IMG/VR virus record: IMGVR_UViG_3300031518_000001
Location: 1 to 60,585 of that record
From: a virus
Taxonomy: Duplodnaviria; Caudoviricetes
Length of the DNA: 60,585 nucleotides
Reading direction: 5' to 3' (one strand)
Shown: piece by piece, positions 20,701 to 29,732 of the stretch
Layout: the number at the start of each line of letters is the position of its first letter
Position numbering within the stretch: the first letter of the stretch is position 1
Notes under the pieces: model-generated
Seen by the model: the letters and a program-made list of their open reading frames with translations, nothing else
Database searches by the model: none
Told to the model about the DNA's origin: nothing
Position numbers and translations under genes: made by a program

Positions 20701-22325
20701 AAGTACCCGAAAATATAGATAAACGTATTAAGGAAACCTATGTTCTTGAAGCCCATAACCTAGGTGTTTGGAATGTAAATACATACATTGACCCTTATAT
20801 CCAAACTCTTAGGGTATTAACTGATAAGGTAAAAGAAGGTATTGTTACAATGGTTGTCAATAATAGTTTCCTGACATCAAAGAATGGCGTCGGCATTCGC
20901 GCCTCGCTTCAAAAAGAATACGACTATATATACATATACGATTTGAAAGGCAGTATTAACAATGGAATGAAAAGCATTGAACTTAGAAAAATAGAAGGCG
21001 AAAATGTTTTCGGTTCACAAACTCGCTTGGGAGTGTGTGCCATATTCTTAATCAAGAATTCTAAATCTCAAAACAAAAGCGCAAAAATATACTATGCTCA
21101 AATAGGAGATGGCTTAAAGGCAAAAGAAAAGCTGCGTAAACTGAAAGAACTCGTCACAAACACAAATGCACATGTAATATGGGAGCCTATTATTCCAAAT
21201 GAGCGATACGATTGGTTGAATCAAGGTAGCTCAAACTTCCATAAATTCCCAGAGTTACGCAAAACGATATTCAATATTTTTAGTAATGGTATTGTAACTG
21301 GCAAAGACTATATTTTATACGAATTTACGGTCGAAGGACTATCCAAAAAAATTCGTAAATATTTTCACATTGAGGATTTAAATAATCAAATTAGAATAGC
21401 CTTTTACAAGCCTTTTGTGCCTATGTGGGTATACTATCATAGTAAAATATTAGAGGCAATTTATAAAACTACTTCTATTGATACTGACGCCCCCATAATA
21501 ACATCAGTTTATGGTAATATTGAGACTGATTTGTTTATCACAAGATATATATGTGCCAAAACTTTACACGGTCAGCAAACCATGCTTTACCCACTCCGCA
21601 CTAAATCCGAAGGCAACGGCATTTTTCATAGCATTAACGACGGCTCTAATAACCAAACTAGCATCCCTAACATCAACGCTGAATTTTTGCAAAAGGTGCG
21701 CAAAGCTCTCAACATGCCAAACTTGACTGACGAAGACTTGTTCTACTACATTGCTGGTGCCATAGCGACTCCACGTTACTCGGAACAGTATGGTAATAAT
21801 CTCGTTTCCTCACACCACCGAGTACCCATCTTTGATTGTGAATCTTTCCAGAAGATTGCTGCCGCTGGCAGAAAGCTTGCTGAACTACAAATGACCTATC
21901 AAGACTACATGGTAGGTATGGTGCTCAAAGTGTGGAAAGACGAAAACCTTCGTAACCTCCCTGAGCATCAGCTCCAAATCATAGGTGATGCTGACATGGA
22001 TAAGGTGATTGAACACATCCGTTACGATAGTCGGGACAAGTCTTTCATCATTAATGGCGTTGCCAAAATCAACGGTTTCCCTGAGGTAGCGATAGAACAC
22101 AGGATAGGCACATTGCCAGTTTTGAAGACAGTTGCTAGCAGATTGCAGCCCCGACACGACGAAAAGACAGGTATCACCTTAGACCCGAAGCTTACCATTG
22201 GAGAGATGTACGACATCATGAAAAAGCTCACGTACTACTGCGTAGAAGCTGACAAAATCAAGAAGGAACTCAATACGCTCTATGATGCGGCGACTATCGT
22301 AGAACTGGATAGTCCCAGCCGTTGA
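17769..22325 (+). CDS. Type ISP restriction-modification enzyme (LlaGI/LlaBIII-like): Mrr-type nuclease, SF2 helicase, N6 MTase, TRD
   Basis: DVGIDLVA..AVQCK nuclease; MPPGTGKT, DEAHRT, MTATP, EGIDVP, QAVGRAVR helicase; YTPIE, DPFAGTG, TNPPW MTase; YIYDLKG. Confidence 0.92.
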   Translation: MTTQHTLGKELEEATAHYLSAVWGADVIDWYTYAKQNGLSGQDVGIDLVAYKKGETYAVQCKNWGRTVGINDLLSFLHKAKKEGFQKVIVVADKISSRVEEEIKDFGLDVIFIKAADVKQYANGHGEPTIVKQKLSPLPHQQRAIEAVLKGFEKYDRGKLIMPPGTGKTYTSIKIAEELVGDKGWVLFLAPSIALLDQTIREYHLKSAYQVNAYAVVSDNKVGRVNGKKKTEIDDDENNVVDTTNWHKLSLLSYPATTTAHDLIKNLRFEPNKLNIIFSTYQSLDVLIEAHDLGLPEFELVICDEAHRTAGVRRKGAEESVFKKIHYNEHIKAKKRLYMTATPKIVEVKDSDEADQIAALYNMNDPELFGPTFFEYTFVQATNDGVILPYTLLLLFVDKRKKKIIQKEFKEYLEQQGALNVDYTTKIKAIEDFILGNAVDERDRPIRVKPKSGIIFTNRVKRAKEISQEYKNVVSISSNISIDYIEGLMSAYDKARLIKWLGEGKEDDVHILANAKVLTEGIDVPALSFITFFDPKSSVVDVVQAVGRAVRKAPGKKRGYVILPILVNDDSEETKEKIDKSTFKVIWQVISALQSMDETLVAKMRALFIDPKKEKTEETFEPLKEGKTEEVEDSKENEIKLGILGGRSPELIELRNFIVPKIVKIFRLAHEFIADWTSEATKLAKEVKSLLEEEIQNPQSHIKAKVEELRERLKAMYGYEEFTIEDKKLIAIITQYIIAKPILDALFFDKKSEVEKVLDKLFEEFKHFVENNSERLQYFYQKATNKAKAIVNNDERQEFIRLLFTNFFNNVFKEVAKESGIAYTPIEVVNFAVFMTNELAKKHLDKTLGDEDVHVVDPFAGTGSFIASVMNMITPEEAKAKVERGEIRGADLELLPYLILLKNIQDTLERKMDEPPLFDDALWTDSLYFLSEEKAGLLDTNPLKEHAKKHKQKPIHIVVTNPPWRAQRKDKSSESGIKVPENIDKRIKETYVLEAHNLGVWNVNTYIDPYIQTLRVLTDKVKEGIVTMVVNNSFLTSKNGVGIRASLQKEYDYIYIYDLKGSINNGMKSIELRKIEGENVFGSQTRLGVCAIFLIKNSKSQNKSAKIYYAQIGDGLKAKEKLRKLKELVTNTNAHVIWEPIIPNERYDWLNQGSSNFHKFPELRKTIFNIFSNGIVTGKDYILYEFTVEGLSKKIRKYFHIEDLNNQIRIAFYKPFVPMWVYYHSKILEAIYKTTSIDTDAPIITSVYGNIETDLFITRYICAKTLHGQQTMLYPLRTKSEGNGIFHSINDGSNNQTSIPNINAEFLQKVRKALNMPNLTDEDLFYYIAGAIATPRYSEQYGNNLVSSHHRVPIFDCESFQKIAAAGRKLAELQMTYQDYMVGMVLKVWKDENLRNLPEHQLQIIGDADMDKVIEHIRYDSRDKSFIINGVAKINGFPEVAIEHRIGTLPVLKTVASRLQPRHDEKTGITLDPKLTIGEMYDIMKKLTYYCVEADKIKKELNTLYDAATIVELDSPSR

Positions 22326-22362
22326 TCTACTCACAATCCGCTGGTTGTGCGCGTGCGTCATA

Positions 22363-22393
22363 GCCCTACCCGAAAGGGTAGGGTTTTCGTTTT
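22363..22393 (+). terminator. Intrinsic terminator after the ISP gene
   Basis: CCCTACCC-GAAA-GGGTAGGG plus TTTTCGTTTT. Confidence 0.85.
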
Positions 22394-22530
22394 GTTCGTG
22401 GAATAGTAAGTTTTAAATAAAGTACTGTCTTAGTTTGTATATTTATGCGTGTTATTGACATATAACAAAATTCCTAAGATCAATTGTAAAGTAGCCAAGT
22501 TCATACGATTACCTAAGGTAAGTCCAGAGG
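22363..22530 (+). repeat. Terminator/promoter/gene-start junction repeated at 27364-27530
   Basis: ttcgtggaa..ttttaaataaagtact..agtttgtatatttatgcgtgttatt..catataacaaaat shared between the two sites. Confidence 0.85.
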
Positions 22531-24455
22531 ACGCTTATAAAACAACACCATTTGAATTATATAAATTTTATAATATGCATCTTTATAGGGTTTATTTAAA
22601 AAAATATTCTACTATCTTTTATCTAAATACTAACACAATATATTTTTACAACAATAAAAATACGCATGTAAGTCGCATGATACCTATATATAACTACAAA
22701 AATGGAAAAATCAATATTATATCAGCAGGGCGTAAACAAAGTAATATTGTGTGGGGATCTTGGCGTTGTGTAAAGGCACCTAATGGCGATCTATATGCTG
22801 TATATATAAAACAAGTAGAAGAAGATACAAGAGAGGTGATTGTTCATAACTTGTCAAAGGGTAAAGTTATACATGAAGTAGAATACTATGACGACGAGTT
22901 AACAGCTGAATGTAAATATGAAGTGGATAAATATGTATATATTCTGTTAAACTCATTTATTGTAATTTATAAAATAGAAGATGATATTTTTAATTTATGG
23001 TTGGTCGATTTAATTACGGAGAGAGTGGATACGTTTACATACATGCCAAGTGATTATATGCATGATATATTCGAAATCATAACATCAGAAGATGAAAAGA
23101 AGCATATCCGTGATATATTATTAAAATACCTTGGGAGTACACAATTTTGGAGTACTTTACGACTGGATGAAAGTATAAATTACACAATAAGCTTACTTGA
23201 TAGCGAAATCCCGTTTATAAAAAATTTAGAATTTATATTAGGTATTGAATGTAGTAATGTGCACGAAAGTATAGATAAAGCATTGATTGTGGCTTTCAAG
23301 TATGAAGATGATGCGTTAGAGGTTAGTTTTAGTACTGGTAGCAATGTTGTCATAACAAAAAATCCCACTAAAAATTCTATTGCTATCCCTTCAAATTTTG
23401 TTTTATTCCGCAAACGGTATAAGCTTTATAGTTTATATGATATCTCTAAATCGTATCCGTACTATATACATAAAGTTTTGAAAAATTATATATTTATTTC
23501 AGATGCAGTTTTTGAATCTTTTTTTAACGATAAAAATGATTACACTATTAAAGAAAGAGAACCAGAATTGATTTACGTCAAAGGCATAACTATTTTTCAA
23601 TCTAAAACTGGTATTTGGGCTAATTTAAAAAAATACCACATAAATCAAGATACTGATATAAAATTATACGCTATAGATGAAAATTATACAAATTCTAATA
23701 TAGTAATGCTTGATCTAAACAAAATTTACACAATGTTGTTGGAAGCAAAGGAAGTAAATCAGTACGAAGCTGATAATTTTGTAGATATATCCAATTATTT
23801 AGTCAGATTTAATGTTGAAGATAAAATAAGTCAGATTTTACATAAAAAATATAAAAATTCTGTCTATATGAATATAGATAATTATAAATACTATTACTAT
23901 TTAGATAAATATAATGGAATTTTATATATATTAGCAATAGTATCTATAATTGATAATAGCACATCTAATAAAGAATTTGACTTCTATGTCTTTGAGTGTG
24001 ATGTTAATAAAATGGGATTGCCATGTAGGATTGTTATGTCTTCAGTCTCCTATGATGATAAAATATCTTATAAAAAACCTATAAATTATTCAAATAATAT
24101 AAATATACTTGGAAATACTACTTGGTATAAAATACACTTTCTTGAAATATTTAAACGCATAAATTACAACAGTATGAAAAATCGTATTTATATATATGAC
24201 AACGAGATTATGTTGCTAAATGATATTTTTGTTATAAAAGCTAACGACATAAAATATAATAGGCATGTTATTTTTAACTATGTTCCAAATAATATAAAAG
24301 ATAGGCTTAATGTTATGTTATATTATGTTTTTGATCATAATGTTGTTTCGCCCCTTACGATCTTTACTGACGATGACGGGGAAGATAAAAGGTTTCGTTA
24401 TTTGGTTATATTATCCAGCTTAGAACTTATAATGTCGATGGATTCGCCAAGATAA
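22449..24455 (+). CDS. ~670-aa paralog family member A (unknown function, beta-rich)
   Basis: Colinear homolog of 27450-29459; GTATATTT at 22437-22444. Confidence 0.85.
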   Translation: MLLTYNKIPKINCKVAKFIRLPKVSPEDAYKTTPFELYKFYNMHLYRVYLKKYSTIFYLNTNTIYFYNNKNTHVSRMIPIYNYKNGKINIISAGRKQSNIVWGSWRCVKAPNGDLYAVYIKQVEEDTREVIVHNLSKGKVIHEVEYYDDELTAECKYEVDKYVYILLNSFIVIYKIEDDIFNLWLVDLITERVDTFTYMPSDYMHDIFEIITSEDEKKHIRDILLKYLGSTQFWSTLRLDESINYTISLLDSEIPFIKNLEFILGIECSNVHESIDKALIVAFKYEDDALEVSFSTGSNVVITKNPTKNSIAIPSNFVLFRKRYKLYSLYDISKSYPYYIHKVLKNYIFISDAVFESFFNDKNDYTIKEREPELIYVKGITIFQSKTGIWANLKKYHINQDTDIKLYAIDENYTNSNIVMLDLNKIYTMLLEAKEVNQYEADNFVDISNYLVRFNVEDKISQILHKKYKNSVYMNIDNYKYYYYLDKYNGILYILAIVSIIDNSTSNKEFDFYVFECDVNKMGLPCRIVMSSVSYDDKISYKKPINYSNNINILGNTTWYKIHFLEIFKRINYNSMKNRIYIYDNEIMLLNDIFVIKANDIKYNRHVIFNYVPNNIKDRLNVMLYYVFDHNVVSPLTIFTDDDGEDKRFRYLVILSSLELIMSMDSPR

Positions 24456-24482
24456 AAACTTCTCTACAAATCTTTACATCTT

Positions 24483-24590
24483 AGGTTTAGGACGACCCAA
24501 AGTTACGCTTGTGGATCATGCTATGGTGGATAACTGTAGCCATCATGTGTCGAAGCAGGAAACTCAACTGAAAAACGTCAGGCAGTGTGC
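24483..24590 (+). mobile_element. IS200/IS605-type right end/omegaRNA relic C
   Basis: ggtttaggacgacccaaagttacgcttgtgga..tggtggataactgtagcc..cgaagcaggaaactcaactg; internal deletion relative to 42551-42713. Confidence 0.7.
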
Positions 24591-24600
24591 ATTCATACAA

Positions 24601-26661
24601 TTATGATTCCCTCTTTAATTTGTCAGTAGGTATTTTTTTCACCAACGACATAGATGATAAAATAAAGTAATGATAAGCACTAGTCGTTGAGTTAGCGTGC
24701 AAACGGCTGCAATCGTAATAGACAACTATTACATTTTCCGCAACATTCTTTACAGATTTAGCATAGCATTGCAAAGTTTCGAACTGGAACACACTCGGAA
24801 CTGGGACGTATCGGCTAATGCGATTGTATCTCATACTAACAAAACGATGACTCCCAATATACACTATATCTAAATTCATTAGTTTTGTCTTTCTAAATCC
24901 GTACGCTTCTGATTCCCACAATATCAATTTGCCCACATCAAAAACATATTTTATTTTATTATTTTGTGCGCTATTGTAAGGTATATTAGCTAATGTTCTA
25001 TATACCAATCTGAAATTTAAACCATTATCTGCCATATCCCACATGAATAGGCCATAGTGTTCTGTATCTTCTATTTTATATTTAGCTAAGATGTATAACT
25101 TATCTGACTTTCTATCTATGTAAGCCGCAACTAGTCCTGTTATAGTGTCCTCATCGTCCTCTTCCAGTGTATTATTAATAGCAAGCGATAGCTTCTCAGG
25201 TACTGAGAAGTAATGTATCAAGTCCAATTTTTCGTCATAACCGTATTTACATCCCTCTTTATATTTTCTATTAAAAATATCATCTATCTTTTTAGCATCT
25301 ATAAAAAATAAATGAACCAAGTCATTAGACAAGAATACTAACTTATTTTTTAAGGACGAGTAATAGCATTCAAAATCATCTATAATCTGCATAGTTATAG
25401 GGAAGAATTCTCGTGTTATCATAATACCAATAAAATCACTCTTTCTGTCTACAATGGCGAGTTTAAACACATGACTTTGGCATATTATGATATAGTAATT
25501 TTTGTAATGATATAGCGAATAATCATCTATACAGCCAATTCCGCAATATCCCAACCAACTACCTATCTTAATAATTTCCTTTTTGTGCTGGCCATGCTTA
25601 ATATAATAGCAATCGTTATTACGTAATGTATCATTGCATTTTTTGTCTATATTTATTTTATATTTTTCAGTAAACAAAATAGGGTCTTTAAGATATTGTT
25701 TACACAATATAGTATAGATGGGTTTTGGGGAGAATTTTTGGGAGGATTTTGGGTCAAATACATGTGTGTATGCATAATTAAAATCCCAATAGCATTTTAT
25801 GTCGTCTTCTTTCATTGTTATGTATATATATAATTGTCCCAACTCATAATTATGTTTGCCACCTTTTAGTTTAATCTTGCATTCAAACCTAATAGATCGC
25901 ACATATAATCTGTTATCTAAGCACGTCCCATATAGATATTCTTTTCTAACTACTAGAATATCATCTATTCCCTCCATAATGTCATCTGATATTTCATATT
26001 TCTCTTTTTCATTTTGATCCACATTATTAATTATATCAAATACTAATTTGCTAATATCATCTAAGTTCCATAATACAATATTAAAACTATTTTCTAATAT
26101 ATTTAAAAATTGTAGAATTATTTGTTGTTTTGTATGTCGCAAGATAACTAAAATATCATTATAGAATGGATAATATGATATTATGTCGAAGTCTTTTTGA
26201 TATTTTAAGATGTCTAAATCCCATTTTATGTGTTCTATACTCGTATTATCGGACGCTTCATCATTAGTTACTATTATGTCATATTTTTTGCCAACATTTT
26301 TTACATTTATGGCAATAACGTACCATTTGCTTTCAATAGATTTAGCCAATAGTATTGAGGTTTTTTGTGAATCTTGATTATCTTTTTCAAACTCAATGAA
26401 CTTATAAGTGTTACGGGTATTGTTAGGCAAGTATGTTCCCTCATATTTATTAAGCTGTCTATAATAACTTATTACACTATTTTTGACATAAAAGTAGCTC
26501 ACGTAATCTTTACTGGCTATACGATACATTGTATTTTGTATATGAGTATAACTCGTATCCTTTTGCCGAAATGCATTTGGCATATTATCAACATATGGAA
26601 TCTTCAGATGAGGTGCAACTGTAATTATCAAAGTATTACTTACATTGAATCGCATGAACAT
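24601..26661 (-). CDS. Distant member of the ~670-aa paralog family
   Basis: Similar size; VAPHLKIP near N-terminus, MRYNR and C-terminal ILSSMSL match VAKFIRLP, I(K/R)YNR and ILSSLE; GTATATTT at 26665-26672. Confidence 0.7.
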   Translation of the reverse strand: MFMRFNVSNTLIITVAPHLKIPYVDNMPNAFRQKDTSYTHIQNTMYRIASKDYVSYFYVKNSVISYYRQLNKYEGTYLPNNTRNTYKFIEFEKDNQDSQKTSILLAKSIESKWYVIAINVKNVGKKYDIIVTNDEASDNTSIEHIKWDLDILKYQKDFDIISYYPFYNDILVILRHTKQQIILQFLNILENSFNIVLWNLDDISKLVFDIINNVDQNEKEKYEISDDIMEGIDDILVVRKEYLYGTCLDNRLYVRSIRFECKIKLKGGKHNYELGQLYIYITMKEDDIKCYWDFNYAYTHVFDPKSSQKFSPKPIYTILCKQYLKDPILFTEKYKINIDKKCNDTLRNNDCYYIKHGQHKKEIIKIGSWLGYCGIGCIDDYSLYHYKNYYIIICQSHVFKLAIVDRKSDFIGIMITREFFPITMQIIDDFECYYSSLKNKLVFLSNDLVHLFFIDAKKIDDIFNRKYKEGCKYGYDEKLDLIHYFSVPEKLSLAINNTLEEDDEDTITGLVAAYIDRKSDKLYILAKYKIEDTEHYGLFMWDMADNGLNFRLVYRTLANIPYNSAQNNKIKYVFDVGKLILWESEAYGFRKTKLMNLDIVYIGSHRFVSMRYNRISRYVPVPSVFQFETLQCYAKSVKNVAENVIVVYYDCSRLHANSTTSAYHYFILSSMSLVKKIPTDKLKRES

Positions 26662-26714
26662 AATAAATATACTAACAAGAAAGATGTATTTGTTTGCTGT
26701 ATTATGTATTATTC

Positions 26715-26729
26715 CCTTGCGTTTTTGTC
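26715..26729 (+). promoter_or_regulatory. CCTTGCG-N2-TTTGTC-N12-ATG motif
   Basis: Recurrent motif with fixed spacing. Confidence 0.6.
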
Positions 26730-26741
26730 GTAATGCTTGGT

Positions 26742-27338
26742 ATGATAACGCAAGCGCAAGTCAGCGGAACCGAACTGAAAGTTCGGATTGAGAAGGCTCT
26801 CACAGAAAAAGGCCTGAAGAAGCTTATCACGAATCTGGAAAAGGAGCTGAACGGGGAGCACAGCTTCCTCCCTCACGATGTGGAAGCACAGATTCGTAGG
26901 GAGATTACGAGCGCTGGTGTAGCGGTCTCACAGCATGGCGGCTGGTATCGGTGCATCGCAGCGTACCTGCTTCTCCCTAGGCTTGAGGAGCTTTTGCAGG
27001 TCAAAAGCACAGGCGGTGAGCAAAACATAGCTCCCATTGTGCAGAAGCTCCGTAACAAGGCCCTTCGGGAATCCCTCAGCACCTTTGGGCTGGAAGTACC
27101 TGCACGGTACGCTCGGACATCCAGCGCCACAGGTCAGACACGGGTGCGTATTCCACGCGAGCAAAAGCAGCGGCTTGTGGAAAACTTTCTGGACGCGCTG
27201 CCTACCTTTGAGGCGCTCCACGATGTGCTGGGCACGCTCCCTAAGAACACCAACCTGATGGTCAAGCAGATTCGCACCTTGGTCAAGCGGTACCTCTCCA
27301 TCGCTAACCGCCTCCAAAGCGTAGCAGCGCACGAGTAA
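26742..27338 (+). CDS. 198-aa hypothetical protein, copy 3 of 3
   Basis: Paralog of 3700-4296 and 17021-17617. Confidence 0.9.
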   Translation: MITQAQVSGTELKVRIEKALTEKGLKKLITNLEKELNGEHSFLPHDVEAQIRREITSAGVAVSQHGGWYRCIAAYLLLPRLEELLQVKSTGGEQNIAPIVQKLRNKALRESLSTFGLEVPARYARTSSATGQTRVRIPREQKQRLVENFLDALPTFEALHDVLGTLPKNTNLMVKQIRTLVKRYLSIANRLQSVAAHE

Positions 27339-27363
27339 CCGTTCACCAGCCAGACAGTAGGAG

Positions 27364-27394
27364 GCCCTGCCCGCGAGGGCAGGGTTTTTGTTTT
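27364..27394 (+). terminator. Intrinsic terminator after copy 3
   Basis: GCCCTGCCC-GCGA-GGGCAGGGT plus T-tract. Confidence 0.85.
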
Positions 27395-27449
27395 ATTCGT
27401 GGAACGGCAATTTTTAAATAAAGTACTATCTCAGTTTGTATATTTATGC

Positions 27450-29459
27450 GTGTTATTAACATATAACAAAATCCCCAAGAACAATTGTAAAGTAGCCAAG
27501 TTTATACGATTACCTAAGGTAAATCCTGAGGAAGGTTATCCACCTATGTTACTTGCTTCTTCTAAATTTTATAATGTATATTTCTATAATGTTTATACAA
27601 AGACACATTCTACTATATTTTATCTAAATACTAACGCGATATATTTTTACAATAATAAAAATAGCCACATAAGTAGCATAATACCTTTATATGACAACAA
27701 TAATAGAAAGATTAAGATTATATCAGCAGGGCGTAGGCAAAGTAATATTATGTGGGGTTCTTGGCGTTGTGTGAAAGCACCTAATGGCAATCTATATGCT
27801 GTATATGTTAAAGAATTAGAAAACTACAGAGCCGAATTAGTTGTTTATAACTTATCAAAAAATAGATTTGTAAACAAAGTAGAATACGATTACGCTGAGT
27901 TTTTAGATGTGTCTCGAGTGCGTAGATATGTACACATTTTATTGAATTCATTTATTGTAGTTTTTAAAATAAGAAAGAATACTTTTAATTTATACCTATT
28001 CGATTTGATTAAAGAAACAATGGATACTTTTGTATATACACCATATGATTATATGCATGGCATATTGAAATTATTAACATCAAAAGATGAAAAGAAACAT
28101 ATTCGCGATATATTATCGCGATACTTTGCTCGTGAACCAGCTTGGAGTACTTCAGGGTGGGATAAAAGTATAAATTGCACAGTAACTTTACTTGGTGGAG
28201 AGATTCCGTTTGTAAAATATCTCGAATCTATATTGGACATTGGATTTCATGAAGCACACGAAGGGATAGATAACGCCTTATTCGTGGCTTTCAAGTATGA
28301 AGATAACATATTAGAAGTTAGCTTTAGTACTGGCCAAGATGTCGTCATAATAAAAAATCCTACAAAGGATTCTGTTTTACCTCCTCCTAATTCCGTTTTA
28401 TTCAGCAAAAAGTATGAACTTGATATTTCATACGATATTTCTAAATCGTATCCGTACTATATACATAAAGTATCAAAAAATTACATATTTGGCACAGATG
28501 TAGTTTTTGAAAAAACGTTTAGTAGTGAAAGCGATTATACTATTATGAGTAGTAGATCACAACTGATTGATATTAACGACATAACTATTTTACTATCTAA
28601 AAATGGTATTTTTGCTAATTTAGAGAAACACGACAGAAATAAAGAATTAAATATAGAATTATACGACATGTATGGACATTATGTGATACCACAAGAAGAA
28701 TCAATAAAATTTCTTGATTTGACTAAAATTTACAAAAATTTGTATAATCTAAAAAATGAAAAATGCTATGATTGTGATGATTTTATAAACGCTAGCGACT
28801 TCTTAATTACATTTGATATTAAAAGTAAGATAGAGTATATATTGTACAAGATTTATCAAGACAATTATAACACAGAAATAAAGATTCATAAGTACTATTA
28901 CTACTTAGATGAAACTAATAGTAACTTATATGTATCAGTAATAGTGGCCAAGAATGATAACATCGAAGATAATACAAAATTTGACTTCTATGTCTTTGAA
29001 TACAATATTAGAAAAAAGGGATTACCATGCAGGATAGTTATGTATTCAGTTGGGTATGATAGTAAAATACTTCACAAAAAATCTACGGATTACATAAGTG
29101 CCATGCGCATGTTCGCTTACGCATCTGGGAATAAAATACAATTCTTTGAGATATTAACAAGAATAAATGATGAAGATCAAATGAGGCGTATTTATGTATA
29201 TAATAATGAAATTATGTTGATAAATGATATTTTTGTTATAAAAGCTAAAGACATAAGATATAATAGATCAGCTATTCTTAATTGTGGCAGCACTAATACA
29301 AAAGATATATATCATAATAATTATTGTCAAGTCTTTGATTATAATGTTGTGTCGTTTGTTAATATATTTACTGATAAGAGTGGTGAAGATAAGAGGCGGC
29401 GCTATATGATTATATTGTCTAGTCTAGAGATCATAATATCGATGCCTTTATCAAAGTAA
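27450..29459 (+). CDS. ~670-aa paralog family member B
   Basis: Homolog of 22449-24455; GTG start placed by homology and by GTATATTT at 27438-27445. Confidence 0.85.
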   Translation: MLLTYNKIPKNNCKVAKFIRLPKVNPEEGYPPMLLASSKFYNVYFYNVYTKTHSTIFYLNTNAIYFYNNKNSHISSIIPLYDNNNRKIKIISAGRRQSNIMWGSWRCVKAPNGNLYAVYVKELENYRAELVVYNLSKNRFVNKVEYDYAEFLDVSRVRRYVHILLNSFIVVFKIRKNTFNLYLFDLIKETMDTFVYTPYDYMHGILKLLTSKDEKKHIRDILSRYFAREPAWSTSGWDKSINCTVTLLGGEIPFVKYLESILDIGFHEAHEGIDNALFVAFKYEDNILEVSFSTGQDVVIIKNPTKDSVLPPPNSVLFSKKYELDISYDISKSYPYYIHKVSKNYIFGTDVVFEKTFSSESDYTIMSSRSQLIDINDITILLSKNGIFANLEKHDRNKELNIELYDMYGHYVIPQEESIKFLDLTKIYKNLYNLKNEKCYDCDDFINASDFLITFDIKSKIEYILYKIYQDNYNTEIKIHKYYYYLDETNSNLYVSVIVAKNDNIEDNTKFDFYVFEYNIRKKGLPCRIVMYSVGYDSKILHKKSTDYISAMRMFAYASGNKIQFFEILTRINDEDQMRRIYVYNNEIMLINDIFVIKAKDIRYNRSAILNCGSTNTKDIYHNNYCQVFDYNVVSFVNIFTDKSGEDKRRRYMIILSSLEIIISMPLSK

Positions 29460-29587
29460 GATCGTAAGTATCATTGCCCACATTATACCAAGATTTTGGG
29501 TAAAATATATATGGAAAGATTAGACAAAGCCTTATTTTGTAGGTTTAATATGTACTAATATATTAAAATGAGTATTTTATTAGTTAC

Positions 29588-29704
29588 GAAAGTATTTTGC
29601 ATACGTGAAAAGCGAGCCACCAGGGTTAGGACAAATCGAAGTGAACCCTGTGGGATAGGCTCTGGTAGCAGGAAGTACAATCCCTAAAAGGTTGAGTACT
29701 CTAT
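29588..29704 (+). mobile_element. IS200/IS605-type right end/omegaRNA relic D
   Basis: agtattttg..agggttaggacaaatcgaagtgaaccctgtgggataggctctggt..agcaggaag..aaaaggttgagta; internally deleted homolog of 42551-42713. Confidence 0.65.
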
Positions 29705-29732
29705 TTTTCGACAAAGTCTCATTGCCAACCCC

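Noticed and set aside
3599-27346. Recurrent antisense and alternate-frame ORFs over the 198-aa genes (e.g. 3599-3898, 17152-17358, 26928-27332)
   Set aside because: Expected from GC-rich near-identical DNA; their lengths differ between copies and they lack their own promoter motif.
26694-27449. Longer starts in the ORF track (26694, 27399; likewise 4368, 4933, 32394, 34381, 42451, 57739, 60093)
   Set aside because: The extensions run through promoter motifs or neighbouring genes; paralog alignment and motif spacing support the downstream starts.
620-29724. Relic A-D flanks as functional guides targeting sites within this window
   Set aside because: No second-site match noticed by eye, and the scaffolds carry deletions or broken stems.
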